Positions 28,231-38,677 of a stretch of 64,000 nt of DNA are shown here, piece by piece. The translations under genes and the position numbers were made by a program. The DNA lies in the NCBI GenBank assembly GCA_964636505.1, contig CAZWRY010000002.1, positions 17,248 to 81,247 of the forward strand, in the 5' to 3' direction. The notes under the pieces were generated by a model. It was not told the DNA's origin. It worked only from the letters and a program-made list of their open reading frames with translations, and did not search any database. Each line of letters begins with the position of its first letter. Position 1 is the stretch's first letter. The stretch is from an uncultured Bdellovibrionales bacterium (GTDB lineage Bacteria; Patescibacteriota; Minisyncoccia; Moranbacterales; UBA2206).

Positions 28231-29952
28231 ATGATAAAAAGAACAGAAAACTTGTCTGCCTCTGGCGGACAGCGTTCTTATTCTCGAAATAATTTGAGAA
28301 TAATTCCTCTCGGAGGCCTTGAGGAAGTGGGACGCAATATGACCGTATTTGAATACGGACAAGACATAATAATCGTTGACATGGGCCTTCAATTTCCTGA
28401 TGAAGATATGCCGGGAATAGATTACATCATTCCCGATATCAGTTATCTCAAGGGAAAAGAAAAAAATATCCGCGGGATAATTATTACCCACGGACATTAC
28501 GACCACATTGGGGCTATTCCTCATATTATGGAAAGGATTGGCAATCCGCCAATCTACATGACGGAACTTACCCGTGGTATCGTTCTTAAAAGACAAGAAG
28601 ATTTCAAGGACAAAACTCCTTTGAACATTCATACTGTCAAAAAAATAGACCGCTTAAGATTGGGCGTGTTTAATATTGAATTTTTTCATGTTAACCACAC
28701 CATCCCCGATGCAGTCGGCTTGGCTATCAATACGCCGGTTGGAACCGTTATTCATACGGGGGATTTCAAATTTGACCACTCTCCGATTTCGGATGCTCCG
28801 GCCGATATCGCTAAAATAGCCAGACTTGGCAGCGAAAACATCCTGGCTTTAATGTCGGACTCAACTGACTCACAAACTCCGGGATATTCACTTTCTGAAT
28901 CGCGTATTGCCAAAACTTTGGATGAGATATTTGAACGCACGGATGGTCGCCTCATTATTGCTACTTTTTCTGCGCTCATCAGCCGTATTCAATCGGTGGT
29001 TTCGGCGGCGGAAAAACATGGTCGCAAATTAGCCGTAGATGGATATTCCATGCGCACTAATGTTGAAATAGCCAGGACCCTAGGACATCTGCAAAGCAAA
29101 AAAGGCACCCTAATTCCAATTAATAAAGTTAATGAATATCCGGATAACAAAGTTGCCATTATTTGTACTGGCGCGCAAGGTGAAGCTAATGCAGTTTTGA
29201 TGCGCATTATCAATGATGAGCACCGCTTTGTAAAAGTTCACAAAAATGACACTTTCGTGCTTTCTTCCTCAGTTATTCCGGGCAATGAGAGAACCGTGCA
29301 AGCCATTATGGACAGCATCTATCGTAAAGATGCCAAAGTCATCAATTACAAAATGATGGATGTCCATGCCGGAGGACATGCCAGACAAGAAGACCTTAAA
29401 ATGATGATTAATTTGATTCGTCCCAAATATTTGATTCCGATTCATGGAAATTATTTTATGCTCAAGCTTCACGGCGAGCTGGGAGTTTCTGTAGGAATGG
29501 ATCCTAAAAATATTTTGATTGGTGAAAACGGTCGGGTTATGGAATTTGACTATCGCGGTAACGGAAAAGTTATGACTGAAAAAGTTCCGACTAACCATAT
29601 TATGGTTGACGGATTGGGCGTAGGCGACATTGGTCAGGTTGTTTTGCGCGATCGCCAATTGTTAGCTAAAGACGGAATGTTTGTTATTACGACTATCGTT
29701 GACGGCAAAACTAAGCAAATCGTCGGCAAACCGCAAGTTACTTCCCGAGGCTTTATTTTCGTCAAAGAAAATTTTGATCTGGTTAATGCCACCAAGAAAA
29801 AAGTGGAAGAAATTATTGCACAGAAAACTTCGCCCAATGAACCAGCTAACTGGGAATATGTCAAAAACAATATCCGCGAAACAGTCGGCTCATTCCTCTT
29901 CACAAAAACCCAAAGAAGACCAATGGTACTGCCGGTGATTATTGAAGTCTAA
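28231..29952 (+). CDS. rnj: Ribonuclease J (metallo-beta-lactamase / beta-CASP).
   Basis: 573 aa; IIPLGGLEEVGRNMTVFEY..., HxHxDH motif ITHGHYDHIGAIP, beta-CASP and C-terminal domains. Confidence 0.88.
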   Translation: MIKRTENLSASGGQRSYSRNNLRIIPLGGLEEVGRNMTVFEYGQDIIIVDMGLQFPDEDMPGIDYIIPDISYLKGKEKNIRGIIITHGHYDHIGAIPHIMERIGNPPIYMTELTRGIVLKRQEDFKDKTPLNIHTVKKIDRLRLGVFNIEFFHVNHTIPDAVGLAINTPVGTVIHTGDFKFDHSPISDAPADIAKIARLGSENILALMSDSTDSQTPGYSLSESRIAKTLDEIFERTDGRLIIATFSALISRIQSVVSAAEKHGRKLAVDGYSMRTNVEIARTLGHLQSKKGTLIPINKVNEYPDNKVAIICTGAQGEANAVLMRIINDEHRFVKVHKNDTFVLSSSVIPGNERTVQAIMDSIYRKDAKVINYKMMDVHAGGHARQEDLKMMINLIRPKYLIPIHGNYFMLKLHGELGVSVGMDPKNILIGENGRVMEFDYRGNGKVMTEKVPTNHIMVDGLGVGDIGQVVLRDRQLLAKDGMFVITTIVDGKTKQIVGKPQVTSRGFIFVKENFDLVNATKKKVEEIIAQKTSPNEPANWEYVKNNIRETVGSFLFTKTQRRPMVLPVIIEV

Positions 29953-29967
29953 AAAAACTTCATTACA

Positions 29968-29996
29968 AAAAGCCCCGCAATTGTGGGGCTTTTAAG
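29968..29996 (+). terminator. Rho-independent terminator of rnj.
   Basis: Stem GCCCCGC / GTGGGGC with AATT loop, followed by TTT. Confidence 0.6.
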
Positions 29997-29997
29997 T

Positions 29998-30026
29998 TTG
30001 CAAAATGCGTTTATTTTGAGTATTAT
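29998..30026 (+). promoter_or_regulatory. Sigma-70-like promoter candidate for trpS (TTGCAA-17-TATTAT).
   Basis: -35 at 29998..30003 and -10 at 30021..30026 with a 17-nt spacer; ATG at 30059. Confidence 0.45.
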
Positions 30027-30029
30027 TAT

Positions 30030-30065
30030 CTTATAAACCTTATGGGCCTTATAACTCTATGAACT
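30030..30065 (+). repeat. Four tandem 9-mers (CTTATAAAC CTTATGGGC CTTATAACT CTATGAACT) running into the trpS start codon.
   Basis: Direct reading of the sequence; the trpS ATG (30059) lies in the last unit. Confidence 0.6.
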
Positions 30066-31048
30066 CGCAAAAGCGCATTTTTTCCGGCGTTCAGCCGAGT
30101 GGAAATCTGCATATTGGCAATTATCTGGGTGCCATCAAAAACTGGGTCAAGCTTCAAGATGAATTTGAGTCTATTTTTTGCATTGTTGATTTGCATGCCA
30201 TTACAGTCCCCCAAAAACCGGAAGAACTCAGAAAACGAGTCTTGGAAGTTGCCAAAATATATTTAGCTTCCGGTATTGACCCCGAAAAATCCAGCATCTT
30301 TATTCAATCGCACATCAAAGAACATGCAGAATTAGCCTGGGTTTTAAATTCTATTGCCAAGATGCCAGAATTGGACAAGATGACTCAATTTAAAGACAAA
30401 ACGCAAAAGGGCGGACGTGAAAGTGCCGGAGTTGGACTATATGACTATCCGGTTCTGATGGCCGCTGATATTCTCTTGTATGACACAGAAAAGGTTCCCG
30501 TCGGAGAAGATCAAGTTCAGCATGTGGAACTGACTCGAACATTAGGCAAAAGATTCAATAGTCGTTTTGGTGAAACGTTTGTTATTCCGGAACCCTACAT
30601 CACTAAAGAGGGTATGAGAATAATGGGACTTGATGACCCAGCCAAAAAAATGTCTAAATCAGCTGCTTCAGAATATAATTATATTGCTCTAACCGATGAA
30701 CCGGACGTGATTCGCAAGAAAATCAAAAAGGCCGTGACTGATTCTGGTAGTGAAATAAAATACGAAGATTCAAAGCCGGCCCTCAAAAATTTGATTAATA
30801 TCTATTCCGGATTTTCCGGCAAATCCACCAAAGAAATTGAAGCCATGTATGTCGGCAAAGGGTATGGAGATTTCAAGGCCGACTTAGCTGAAGTTATTAT
30901 TTCTAAGCTACAGCCAATTCAAGAAAAAATGAAGGCTTTATCCGATGAGGAAGTTTTGCAAATTTTGAAAGAAGGCGCTGAAAAAGTTCAAAAAATCGCC
31001 GAAAATAAAATGAAAGAAGTGAAAGAAAAAATCGGATTCATCCTATAA
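30059..31048 (+). CDS. trpS: Tryptophan--tRNA ligase.
   Basis: 329 aa; HIGH-type motif PSGNLHIGNY and KMSKS motif. Confidence 0.92.
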   Translation: MNSQKRIFSGVQPSGNLHIGNYLGAIKNWVKLQDEFESIFCIVDLHAITVPQKPEELRKRVLEVAKIYLASGIDPEKSSIFIQSHIKEHAELAWVLNSIAKMPELDKMTQFKDKTQKGGRESAGVGLYDYPVLMAADILLYDTEKVPVGEDQVQHVELTRTLGKRFNSRFGETFVIPEPYITKEGMRIMGLDDPAKKMSKSAASEYNYIALTDEPDVIRKKIKKAVTDSGSEIKYEDSKPALKNLINIYSGFSGKSTKEIEAMYVGKGYGDFKADLAEVIISKLQPIQEKMKALSDEEVLQILKEGAEKVQKIAENKMKEVKEKIGFIL

Positions 31049-31057
31049 ATTGAAACA

Positions 31058-31090
31058 TTAAAAAAAACCGCCAGAAGGCGGTTTTTTTGT
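31058..31090. terminator. Bidirectional terminator shared by convergent trpS and PMM/PGM.
   Basis: AAAAAAAA CCGCC AGAA GGCGG TTTTTTT. Confidence 0.75.
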
Positions 31091-32455
31091 TTATCCCCTT
31101 ATGAGCCCCAATAGTTCATCTCTCTTTTTTTCCATAAGTTCTTTGCTTTTAGCTTCTACGTTCAGACGAATAACAGGCTCCGTGTTTGAACCACGAAGGT
31201 TAAATCGCCAATCAGCATATTCAATGGAAACTCCATCTATTTCATCAACACTCTCAGCTTCTGGAGCATATTTTTCTTTGGCCGCGGCTATTTTTGATTT
31301 TACATCCTGAACCTCACTGTTTATTTCTCCGCTCACAAAATATTTTTTCCAAAACATTTCAGTCATAATTTCTGAAAGTGTTTTATCTTCCGTTGAAAGA
31401 AATTCCAGCATCATCACAAAAGGAATGAGTCCATTATCACAATAAAAATAATCTTTGAAATAATAATGGGCACTCATCTCGCCTCCAAAGACAACATTAT
31501 CTTTTCTCATTCTTTCTTTAATAAAAGCATGCCCGGACTTATTGATAATATCCTGGCCTCCATTTTCCGAAGCCACATCTCGAATGGCCCAAATAAGTCT
31601 TGGGTCATGTAAAATAGTGGCTCCTGGATTTCTTTGTAAAAATATCTTACCCAATAAGGCCGTAATAAAATAGCCCTCGATAAATTCGCCTTTCTCTGTA
31701 AAAAAGAAGCAGCGGTCGGCATCCGCATCCCAAGCCACTCCAAAGTCAGTCCCATTTTCCACAACTAGCTTGGAAATTTCTTCCCTGTTTTCTGGAATGA
31801 GCGGATCTGGACGACCCTTGGGAAAATTGCCATCTGATTCCCAATTCAATTTCACGATATCAATATCCACTCCTTCCAACAGTTTATCGATAGCTCTGCC
31901 ACCAACTCCAAAATTTGGATTAGCTACAACTTTAAATTTTTTGAATTTGGAAAAGTCAGCAAAAGTTTTTATTTTGGCGATGTAATCAGCCATAATATCT
32001 TTTTTCTCAACTAGCTTCAAATTTTCTTCAGTTAATTCAAAATCCGTGATTTCTGTCTCATCTTTCAAAACCATGTCCCGAATTTCAAAAAGTCCAGTGT
32101 CCGACGAAATGGGTCGCGATTCTTCTCGCACAAACTTCAAACCATTATATTCCTTGGGATTATGTGAAGCCGTAAGAGAAAATCCTCCAGCATAACCATA
32201 ATTAGCCACAGAAAAATAGAGCATATCGGTGGAAACTTCTCCTACATCAATGACTTTTATTTTTTGATCGGTCACCGCTTTGATGGCCGCTTTTTTGAGT
32301 GATGGCGAAGAAAGGCGTACATCGGATCCAATCACAACTTCACTGGGTTTCACAAATTCACAATACGCCTTAGCAATTTTATAAACATCCTGTTCGTTTA
32401 TTTCAGAAGGATAAATTCCTCTCACATCATAGGCTTTGAATATGGACTCTTTCAT
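31091..32455 (-). CDS. Phosphomannomutase/phosphoglucomutase (alpha-D-phosphohexomutase family).
   Basis: 454 aa; active-site TASHNP, Mg-binding DADADR, AYDVRG N-terminal motif. Confidence 0.85.
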   Translation of the reverse strand: MKESIFKAYDVRGIYPSEINEQDVYKIAKAYCEFVKPSEVVIGSDVRLSSPSLKKAAIKAVTDQKIKVIDVGEVSTDMLYFSVANYGYAGGFSLTASHNPKEYNGLKFVREESRPISSDTGLFEIRDMVLKDETEITDFELTEENLKLVEKKDIMADYIAKIKTFADFSKFKKFKVVANPNFGVGGRAIDKLLEGVDIDIVKLNWESDGNFPKGRPDPLIPENREEISKLVVENGTDFGVAWDADADRCFFFTEKGEFIEGYFITALLGKIFLQRNPGATILHDPRLIWAIRDVASENGGQDIINKSGHAFIKERMRKDNVVFGGEMSAHYYFKDYFYCDNGLIPFVMMLEFLSTEDKTLSEIMTEMFWKKYFVSGEINSEVQDVKSKIAAAKEKYAPEAESVDEIDGVSIEYADWRFNLRGSNTEPVIRLNVEAKSKELMEKKRDELLGLIRG

Positions 32456-32661
32456 ATGGATTTAAACGTATTACTTAAAAATTTAACGCACTGTTATTTT
32501 AGCATTGACAACCCAAAGCAGACAAGGGAGAATAACCATCATTCTCATTTATCTGTTTTATTATAAAAAAAGACACAAGACAAACGTTATTATTCATTTC
32601 TCAAGCGAAAGCAAAAATCGTTAAATAGGTATACTTCCAACAAAGTCAAATTATAATAATA

Positions 32662-32694
32662 CAAAAAAAGCCGTCAACTCATAGTTAGCGGCTT
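32662..32694 (-). terminator. Terminator candidate for the 32733..33002 gene.
   Basis: Imperfect 10-bp stem GCCGTCAACT / AGTTAGCGGC with minus-strand T-run. Confidence 0.4.
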
Positions 32695-32732
32695 TTCTAA
32701 TTCGCGATGGATGATGATGTAGAAGTCTGGAA

Positions 32733-33002
32733 TTATTCATCTTCTTCCGATAGGTCGAAATAGATTATCTTACTCAAATCGCCAGTGGCTATATCCTCTT
32801 CCCTCTTCTTACGCTTTCTCTCCTCAAGAATGTCGGTAAAGCGGTATTTTACCCATGATTGCCATCTATTATGACAGATGGGACAATCCTGATACGGTTC
32901 AATTACCTTTCCACAACGGCAACAACGCAGAACGCCACCCTTGCTGTTTTTACGTACTGTCTCTATACACTCCTGAACATCTGCTTCGCTGAGCTGTTTC
33001 AT
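32733..33002 (-). CDS. Small zinc-ribbon protein, hypothetical.
   Basis: 89 aa; CCRCGK...CPIC pattern. Confidence 0.4.
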   Translation of the reverse strand: MKQLSEADVQECIETVRKNSKGGVLRCCRCGKVIEPYQDCPICHNRWQSWVKYRFTDILEERKRKKREEDIATGDLSKIIYFDLSEEDE

Positions 33003-33259
33003 AGAATTTCTCCTTCTCGTTGAGATATTTTGACAATATGGTTAAATAAAACAAAAATAAAATCAAATTTTTTAATTTTATCGCCTCTCTCTTTCTACAT
33101 CTAAAGAACGACCTGCAATGGTAGCATGAATAGAGTGATTTGTCAAATAAAAAATAATTTTTGCCTAATTTAAGCCATTAAAATAGTATGAAATGGAATA
33201 ATTAGCGCAAGAAACACTTTTCTTAGGTACTCACACAACCTAAAACCACAAATTCCTTT

Positions 33260-34024
33260 CTACTCGATTATCATTTGCTCCCCAACAAAATATTTACCGT
33301 TCCAATCGTCAATAATTTTATTAAAACCTTGTTCCAAAAACAGTTTTTTTATTTCCTTATAAATCTTTTTTTGCGTTTCCAAATCTCCTGTTTCCAAGAT
33401 ATGCCTATAATCGGCGATAAATTCTTTTGGCTTCCATGGCAAAAAATTGAGTGGATAGTTTTCTAATTCCCATTCAAAATATTTATTGTATGGTTTTATT
33501 CTTTCTTCAAGGGCATAAAGAGCAGTCATCAACGGCGGTAATGATTCGACAGCATCTAAGTATGCAGCCAAATTATTGCCATCTCTATAATATTTGGCGG
33601 AACGATAAACTTGGTTAATATAGTTATCGAGAGCATCTTCTATTACTGTTTTTTGTACTTCTTTCGGCAATTTACCTTTCTCATCCATCATTTTTTGTAT
33701 ATTTCCGGTTTTATCAATGATAGCTTTGTTGTGGGCAAAATTATATCTTTCCCATTCTCTGTCACTGCCCCAATCAGCATATTTGGAAAACTGGCTCAAT
33801 GTGTGTACCCAGATTTCAAAATCGCTTGAGTTGTAACTTAAAATTTTTTCCTTCAGATTTTCAGAAGCATCATCTGACACAACAACATACACATCCATAT
33901 CAGAATCTTTGGTTATAAATTTTTCGCTTTTCCCCATTGAACCACCCAAAAAAAGTCCTAGCACATCAGGATCTTTTTTACACTCATTCAAAACTTCTGT
34001 ATATTTTTTTTGTTGATTATCCAT
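33260..34024 (-). CDS. Nucleotidyltransferase-domain protein with ANT(6)/aminoglycoside-NTase-like architecture; substrate unknown.
   Basis: 254 aa; GLFLGGSMGKSEKFITKDSDMDVYVV (GS...DxD) followed by a helical C-terminal domain. Confidence 0.5.
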   Translation of the reverse strand: MDNQQKKYTEVLNECKKDPDVLGLFLGGSMGKSEKFITKDSDMDVYVVVSDDASENLKEKILSYNSSDFEIWVHTLSQFSKYADWGSDREWERYNFAHNKAIIDKTGNIQKMMDEKGKLPKEVQKTVIEDALDNYINQVYRSAKYYRDGNNLAAYLDAVESLPPLMTALYALEERIKPYNKYFEWELENYPLNFLPWKPKEFIADYRHILETGDLETQKKIYKEIKKLFLEQGFNKIIDDWNGKYFVGEQMIIE

Positions 34025-34383
34025 AACTATTAAATATTTATATTAAACAATTTTTTAATCTATATCTTAAGCATATTTGATTATTATTAAAATGTAAACT
34101 AAAGTATAAAAAGAGTTAACCCTAAATGTTTTTATATATGAAAATTGGCATAATGCAAACTCAATCAGACATTATTTAAGCGATAGTTCTGAAAAATGCA
34201 TCCCCTTTGACTTCATAATAAAGTTGCCACCGCCCCAATACGAACGTGTAATAGTGGCTCGTGATACGCAAGGAAGAATTGTTCGGTCAATTCCAATTCA
34301 ATGAAATAAAAAAGGAGTATACTCATATTCCAGATTTAAGTCCGCAAATATAAACTACTCCTCTAGTGCTACTCACTATATTT

Positions 34384-34782
34384 TTATTCAGTCGTTTTCC
34401 CTTCAAATTCCGCTTCATTGGCTTCCGCTTCTTCCTTGGTAAGCCTGACAATCCCGTCTTTGTGATGAGCAGGAGAATAAATGGTGTAAAGTTTCAATTC
34501 TTCAGTTTCAGAAACGTTAATGACATTATGCTGAGCACCAGATGGAACAATTATAGCTGTGCCATCCTTGACATCATATTCATTGCTATCGATTATCACT
34601 TTTCCATCTCCCTGTTCGAATCTGAAAAACTGGTCGTTTTCTTCGTGAACCTCCATTCCAATTTCCTCTTTTGGTTTTAGGCTCATAAGAACCAACTGGC
34701 TGTGCTTGCCAGTATAGAGCACTTTGCGAAAATTTCCGTTTTCCAAAGTGTCTTTTTCGATTTCTCCAAAAAATCCTTTCAT
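34384..34782 (-). CDS. Cupin-domain protein.
   Basis: 132 aa; cupin motifs G(x)5HxH-like (MEVHEEND...) and IIVPSGAQHNVIN. Confidence 0.55.
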   Translation of the reverse strand: MKGFFGEIEKDTLENGNFRKVLYTGKHSQLVLMSLKPKEEIGMEVHEENDQFFRFEQGDGKVIIDSNEYDVKDGTAIIVPSGAQHNVINVSETEELKLYTIYSPAHHKDGIVRLTKEEAEANEAEFEGKTTE

Positions 34783-34815
34783 ATTGTTTTTGTTAATGAT
34801 TAAATTCCTATTGTA

Positions 34816-35550
34816 TTATTGAGCTGTCCAACCTCCATCCACATAAAGAATTGAACCTGTGACATATTTTGATTCATCGGAAGCTAAATATACGGCTGCA
34901 TAAGCGATATCATTCGGTTCTCCCATATGTCCTAGTGGCGTAGCGGAACAAATACCTTTATTAGCATCTTCATTATCTTGCATCCCTTTGGTCATTTGCG
35001 TCTTGATAAATCCTGGAGCAATAGCATTCACTCTGATTCCGTCAGATGCTAATTCTAAAGCAGAAGTGCGAGTTAGCTGGTTTACTCCGCCTTTAGAAGC
35101 ACAATAGGCTCCAGCGGTTTTAAATCCGACTTGTCCCAAAATGGAAGTAGTATTGATGATGGAACCTTTAATACCTTTTTCTTTCATATAGCTACTAGCT
35201 TCCCTGATTCCATAAAAAACCCCGCTTAAATTGATAGCAATTACTTTATCCCATATCTCATCAGACATAGTGGCTATTTCTCCCACAAGTCCCACGCCAG
35301 CATTGTTTACTATAATGTCTAATTGCCCAAATTTTTCTACAGCACTATCTATCAAATTTTTCACTTCTTCTTTTTTTGAAGTATCCGCTTTGACAAAAAT
35401 TGCATTTTCTCCTAAATCGTTTTCATTTGAATATGGATTAACATCCGAGAAAACCACTTTTGCTCCTTCTTTGAGATACATTTCGGCAATTGCCTTGCCG
35501 AGTCCCGATGAAGCTCCTGTTACGATTGCCACTTTGTTTTCCAGTCGCAT
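34816..35550 (-). CDS. SDR-family NAD(P)-dependent oxidoreductase (glucose-1-dehydrogenase / 3-oxoacyl-ACP-reductase-like).
   Basis: 244 aa; TGASSGLGKA Rossmann motif, NNAG, catalytic YCASK. Confidence 0.85.
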   Translation of the reverse strand: MRLENKVAIVTGASSGLGKAIAEMYLKEGAKVVFSDVNPYSNENDLGENAIFVKADTSKKEEVKNLIDSAVEKFGQLDIIVNNAGVGLVGEIATMSDEIWDKVIAINLSGVFYGIREASSYMKEKGIKGSIINTTSILGQVGFKTAGAYCASKGGVNQLTRTSALELASDGIRVNAIAPGFIKTQMTKGMQDNEDANKGICSATPLGHMGEPNDIAYAAVYLASDESKYVTGSILYVDGGWTAQ

Positions 35551-35599
35551 AGTTTTTGTTTTTATTTGAATTTTTGATTAAAAATACAAATAAAAAAAT

Positions 35600-36112
35600 T
35601 TAATTATTATTCATTGCTAAATCAAGTTTTTTATAAAATTTTGAATGAATTATAATCGGCAATAAAAATCGATATGTGAAAAATGATACTATGAAAGCAA
35701 TAATAATACTGCCTGCGATATCAATCGAATGATGGATTCCTGCCATCACTCTGGCTATGCCAACTAATATAGAGAGCCCGAAAAGCAATATCCCAGCTTT
35801 TCGATTAAAGCAAAAAATAACAGCGGCTATCGCACTGCCAAGTAACATATGATTTGAAGGAAATCCATTGTTTGCTTCGTGAAAAATAAGAGGGAGTGAA
35901 TTATCCAATACAAATGGACGTGGATTATAGTAAAAAATAGCCGATATTTTCGCTATCAAATAAATAAGAGGGAAAGAAACAAGACCGAAGATTGTTATTT
36001 GTTTTTGATGGTTTCTCGATTGTTTCAGAAAATAAAACAAGACAATAATCACTATTAAAATAAGTAAATATTCTGCATTAAAAATTATCAGATTATTTAA
36101 CAGATTTTTCAT
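35600..36112 (-). CDS. PAP2-family membrane phosphatase.
   Basis: 170 aa; PSNH and ARVMAGIHHSIDIAGS motifs (PSGH / SRx5Hx3D). Confidence 0.65.
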   Translation of the reverse strand: MKNLLNNLIIFNAEYLLILIVIIVLFYFLKQSRNHQKQITIFGLVSFPLIYLIAKISAIFYYNPRPFVLDNSLPLIFHEANNGFPSNHMLLGSAIAAVIFCFNRKAGILLFGLSILVGIARVMAGIHHSIDIAGSIIIAFIVSFFTYRFLLPIIIHSKFYKKLDLAMNNN

Positions 36113-36123
36113 ATGTTTTTATT

Positions 36124-36399
36124 TTATTCTTCAATTCTTAACGCTTTTCCTTTAACAATCGCTTCGGCGATTTTAATTCTGGCAGAAGACAAAATCCGCT
36201 GAAAAGTGCTTTGAGAAGTGTTCATTTTTTTTGAAGCCTCAATTTGCTCCAGCCCGTCAAAATCCTTAAGTTTTACCGCTTCCATTTCTTCTTTAGTTAG
36301 AATAACCTCGTCCAATTCATACATCGGTATTCCCTGGGGTTTGAAATAATGAGCCTTGGGTTTGAAGCGTAATCGCTTGCATAGTTTTGGTCTTGTCAT
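36124..36399 (-). CDS. DUF134 / UPF0251 predicted DNA-binding protein.
   Basis: 91 aa; typical family length and C-terminal HTH-like QSTFQRILSSARIKIAEAIV. Confidence 0.65.
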   Translation of the reverse strand: MTRPKLCKRLRFKPKAHYFKPQGIPMYELDEVILTKEEMEAVKLKDFDGLEQIEASKKMNTSQSTFQRILSSARIKIAEAIVKGKALRIEE

Positions 36400-36400
36400 A

Positions 36401-37453
36401 TTATTTTCTTTCTAAATTAACATTACACTCGGGACATTTTAGACTTGAGCAAGGCACTCCTCTTTCGTGTGGCACGCTATAACCGCATTTCGGACATACA
36501 CATTGTCCATCCGGTCCCTTTCCAACCGCCTCTTCTATTTTTTCCTTAAATCTTCCTCTTCTTTGCCAGCCAAAACTTCTACCGAAGCTAGGTTTGTAGA
36601 AACTGCTTTCAATTTCGTGGCTGGATATTTGAATGACCACATATTGCAGACTCTCGATTCCGTTTATAAGTTTATCCCTTAAGTTATTGGAAATTTTCGT
36701 TGCTTCTTCTACTTTTAAATCGCTGGGAAGATTGATTTCTAAATTAGCTGTAATAGTCGAGCCCTTCTTTTGGGTTTTCAATGAAATAAGTTCAATGTTC
36801 TCATTTTTAGCGATTTCTTTTATTATATTTTCTGTTTCTTCTCCGGCAGAAACATCTAACAATGAACCTGCCGCATCTTTTCCCACAATAAACGCTTCCT
36901 TTATTATATATACCCCCATCAGCATCGCCAAAACAGAATCGGCATAAATCCAATAAGGCGTTAGAAATAATCCGCCTAATATGGCAAGGGAGGTGTAAAC
37001 ATCAATTCTGGAATGGACTCCGTCTGAAAGCAGACTAATTGAGTTTTCTTTTTTGCCGTAGTAAGTTTTGAGCCTTGCCATTGCTTCGTTCACAATGCTG
37101 GAAAAAATCATTATTCCAAAAGCCAAATATCCAACTTCGACTTCTTGCGGAGAAAATATATTTTTGAAAGCATTATAAATAATTCCGATGCCAGTTGCCA
37201 AAATAATTATTGTAATAATAACTCCGCCCAAAACTTCAAACTTGTAATGTCCGTAGGGATGTTCTTTGTCGGCTGGTTTTTTTGCTATTTTTATCCCAAT
37301 ATAGCTTATGATTGAAGAAAAAATATCCACTAAAGAATCAATACCTGCCGTCAAAATAGCCGATGAATTGGAAAAAAATCCAACGGCAATTTTACCTCCA
37401 GCCAAAGTCGCATTTGCGATTATTGATAATATAGCAATTTTTTCTTTCATCAA
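36401..37453 (-). CDS. Cation diffusion facilitator (CDF) metal-efflux transporter fused to a C-terminal Cys4 zinc ribbon.
   Basis: 350 aa; six TM helices, HPYGHYKFE motif, cytoplasmic domain, tail CVCPKCG...CPEC. Confidence 0.8.
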   Translation of the reverse strand: MMKEKIAILSIIANATLAGGKIAVGFFSNSSAILTAGIDSLVDIFSSIISYIGIKIAKKPADKEHPYGHYKFEVLGGVIITIIILATGIGIIYNAFKNIFSPQEVEVGYLAFGIMIFSSIVNEAMARLKTYYGKKENSISLLSDGVHSRIDVYTSLAILGGLFLTPYWIYADSVLAMLMGVYIIKEAFIVGKDAAGSLLDVSAGEETENIIKEIAKNENIELISLKTQKKGSTITANLEINLPSDLKVEEATKISNNLRDKLINGIESLQYVVIQISSHEIESSFYKPSFGRSFGWQRRGRFKEKIEEAVGKGPDGQCVCPKCGYSVPHERGVPCSSLKCPECNVNLERK

Positions 37454-37468
37454 TTTATATTACACTTT

Positions 37469-38674
37469 TTATCCAAACATCAGCCACTGTGGTTTGAATA
37501 TCAAAAGTATTCCGATAATAAGCATAATCATTCCACCAATTAGTTGCGAGTATTTTGAATACTTGGTAGAAATTCCTGTCATTTCCAGAGTAATCATCGC
37601 TACAAAGAAAATAAACAAATCATCCAGCATAAAGAAAAAAATGTATAGCAAAATGTAAAGATAGTATTGTAATTTGGAAAGTTCGTTGAGTGCCAAGACT
37701 TGAGTGTATACCGCAGGAAGTCCCGCTGAACAAATGAGTTCCACTAAATTTACCAAAAAAGCCAATGCGATAATTCCTCCCAGTGCTAGCCAAAAACTAT
37801 TTTTACCGACTGTCGCTTTCAATTTTTGGAAAACTTTCTGTCGACTTTCGTCATTAGCGACTTTGCATCCGCTTTCTTTGTTGAATAAAAATTCTTTCAA
37901 ACTGTATCCTCCGCCAAATAACGCTAAAATTCCAATCAATATCCGCACCCAAATCACAAAGCCGAGAAATAAAATAAGATTAAGCCAGGCAGACATAAAC
38001 AAAAAATAGACGGAAGCGGAGGCGATAATAAAAGCTGTTCCCAAAATCCACATCCTTTTTCGGTCTTTCATCCCCAAAAGCAGACTAATAAGAAATAGGA
38101 GGGTCCACATCGCACAAGGGTTGAAACCGTCCAGAAAACCCATAATTATCGTGAGAATCGGCAGAGAAAATTTGTAAGCGTCAATTTTTCCAATAAGCGG
38201 AAGATTGATAATTTTCTCTTTTTCATTATTTTCAGATTCGGTGTTTTGTTTTGAATCTTTTTTATTTTCATCTTTAGAATTCATTATACTCGCTATCTTG
38301 TCAGGACAGCCACTATTGTTGCATTTTTCTATCTGGCTTTTGATTTCTTCCGAAGTTATGCTTTCAGCATATCCGACAAAATTTTTGTCACTGATAACCG
38401 AAAACGGAACGCCTGAAACATCTACATTCAATGATTTACCAATTTTTTGCAAAAGCAATGCGTTTTCCTTGTTGTGATATATTTCAAAACTCCTTATTTC
38501 CAAATTCGGATAAACTTTTTGCATTTCCTGCAAGAATTGCATCTCCTTGGCACAATGCGGGCAGCCATCACCGTAAAAGAAATATGCCTTTATTGATTCT
38601 GAAGCGTTAACCGAAATTACTGGTAGAGTCAGAAATGAAATTGAAAAAAATAATAGTAAAAAAAACTTCTTCAT
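37469..38674 (-). CDS. Thioredoxin-domain protein fused to a CcdA/DsbD-type thiol-disulfide transmembrane transporter.
   Basis: 401 aa; signal peptide, GCPHC thioredoxin motif, then multi-TM region with FNPCAMW (DsbD_2-like). Confidence 0.7.
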   Translation of the reverse strand: MKKFFLLLFFSISFLTLPVISVNASESIKAYFFYGDGCPHCAKEMQFLQEMQKVYPNLEIRSFEIYHNKENALLLQKIGKSLNVDVSGVPFSVISDKNFVGYAESITSEEIKSQIEKCNNSGCPDKIASIMNSKDENKKDSKQNTESENNEKEKIINLPLIGKIDAYKFSLPILTIIMGFLDGFNPCAMWTLLFLISLLLGMKDRKRMWILGTAFIIASASVYFLFMSAWLNLILFLGFVIWVRILIGILALFGGGYSLKEFLFNKESGCKVANDESRQKVFQKLKATVGKNSFWLALGGIIALAFLVNLVELICSAGLPAVYTQVLALNELSKLQYYLYILLYIFFFMLDDLFIFFVAMITLEMTGISTKYSKYSQLIGGMIMLIIGILLIFKPQWLMFG

Positions 38675-38677
38675 ACG

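Noticed and set aside
33260-34024. Calling the nucleotidyltransferase an aminoglycoside or lincosamide resistance gene (ANT(6)/Lnu).
   Set aside because: Only the generic GS...DxD nucleotidyltransferase motif and overall architecture are shared. There is no sequence-level similarity to remembered AadK/LinA sequences, so a resistance call is not justified.
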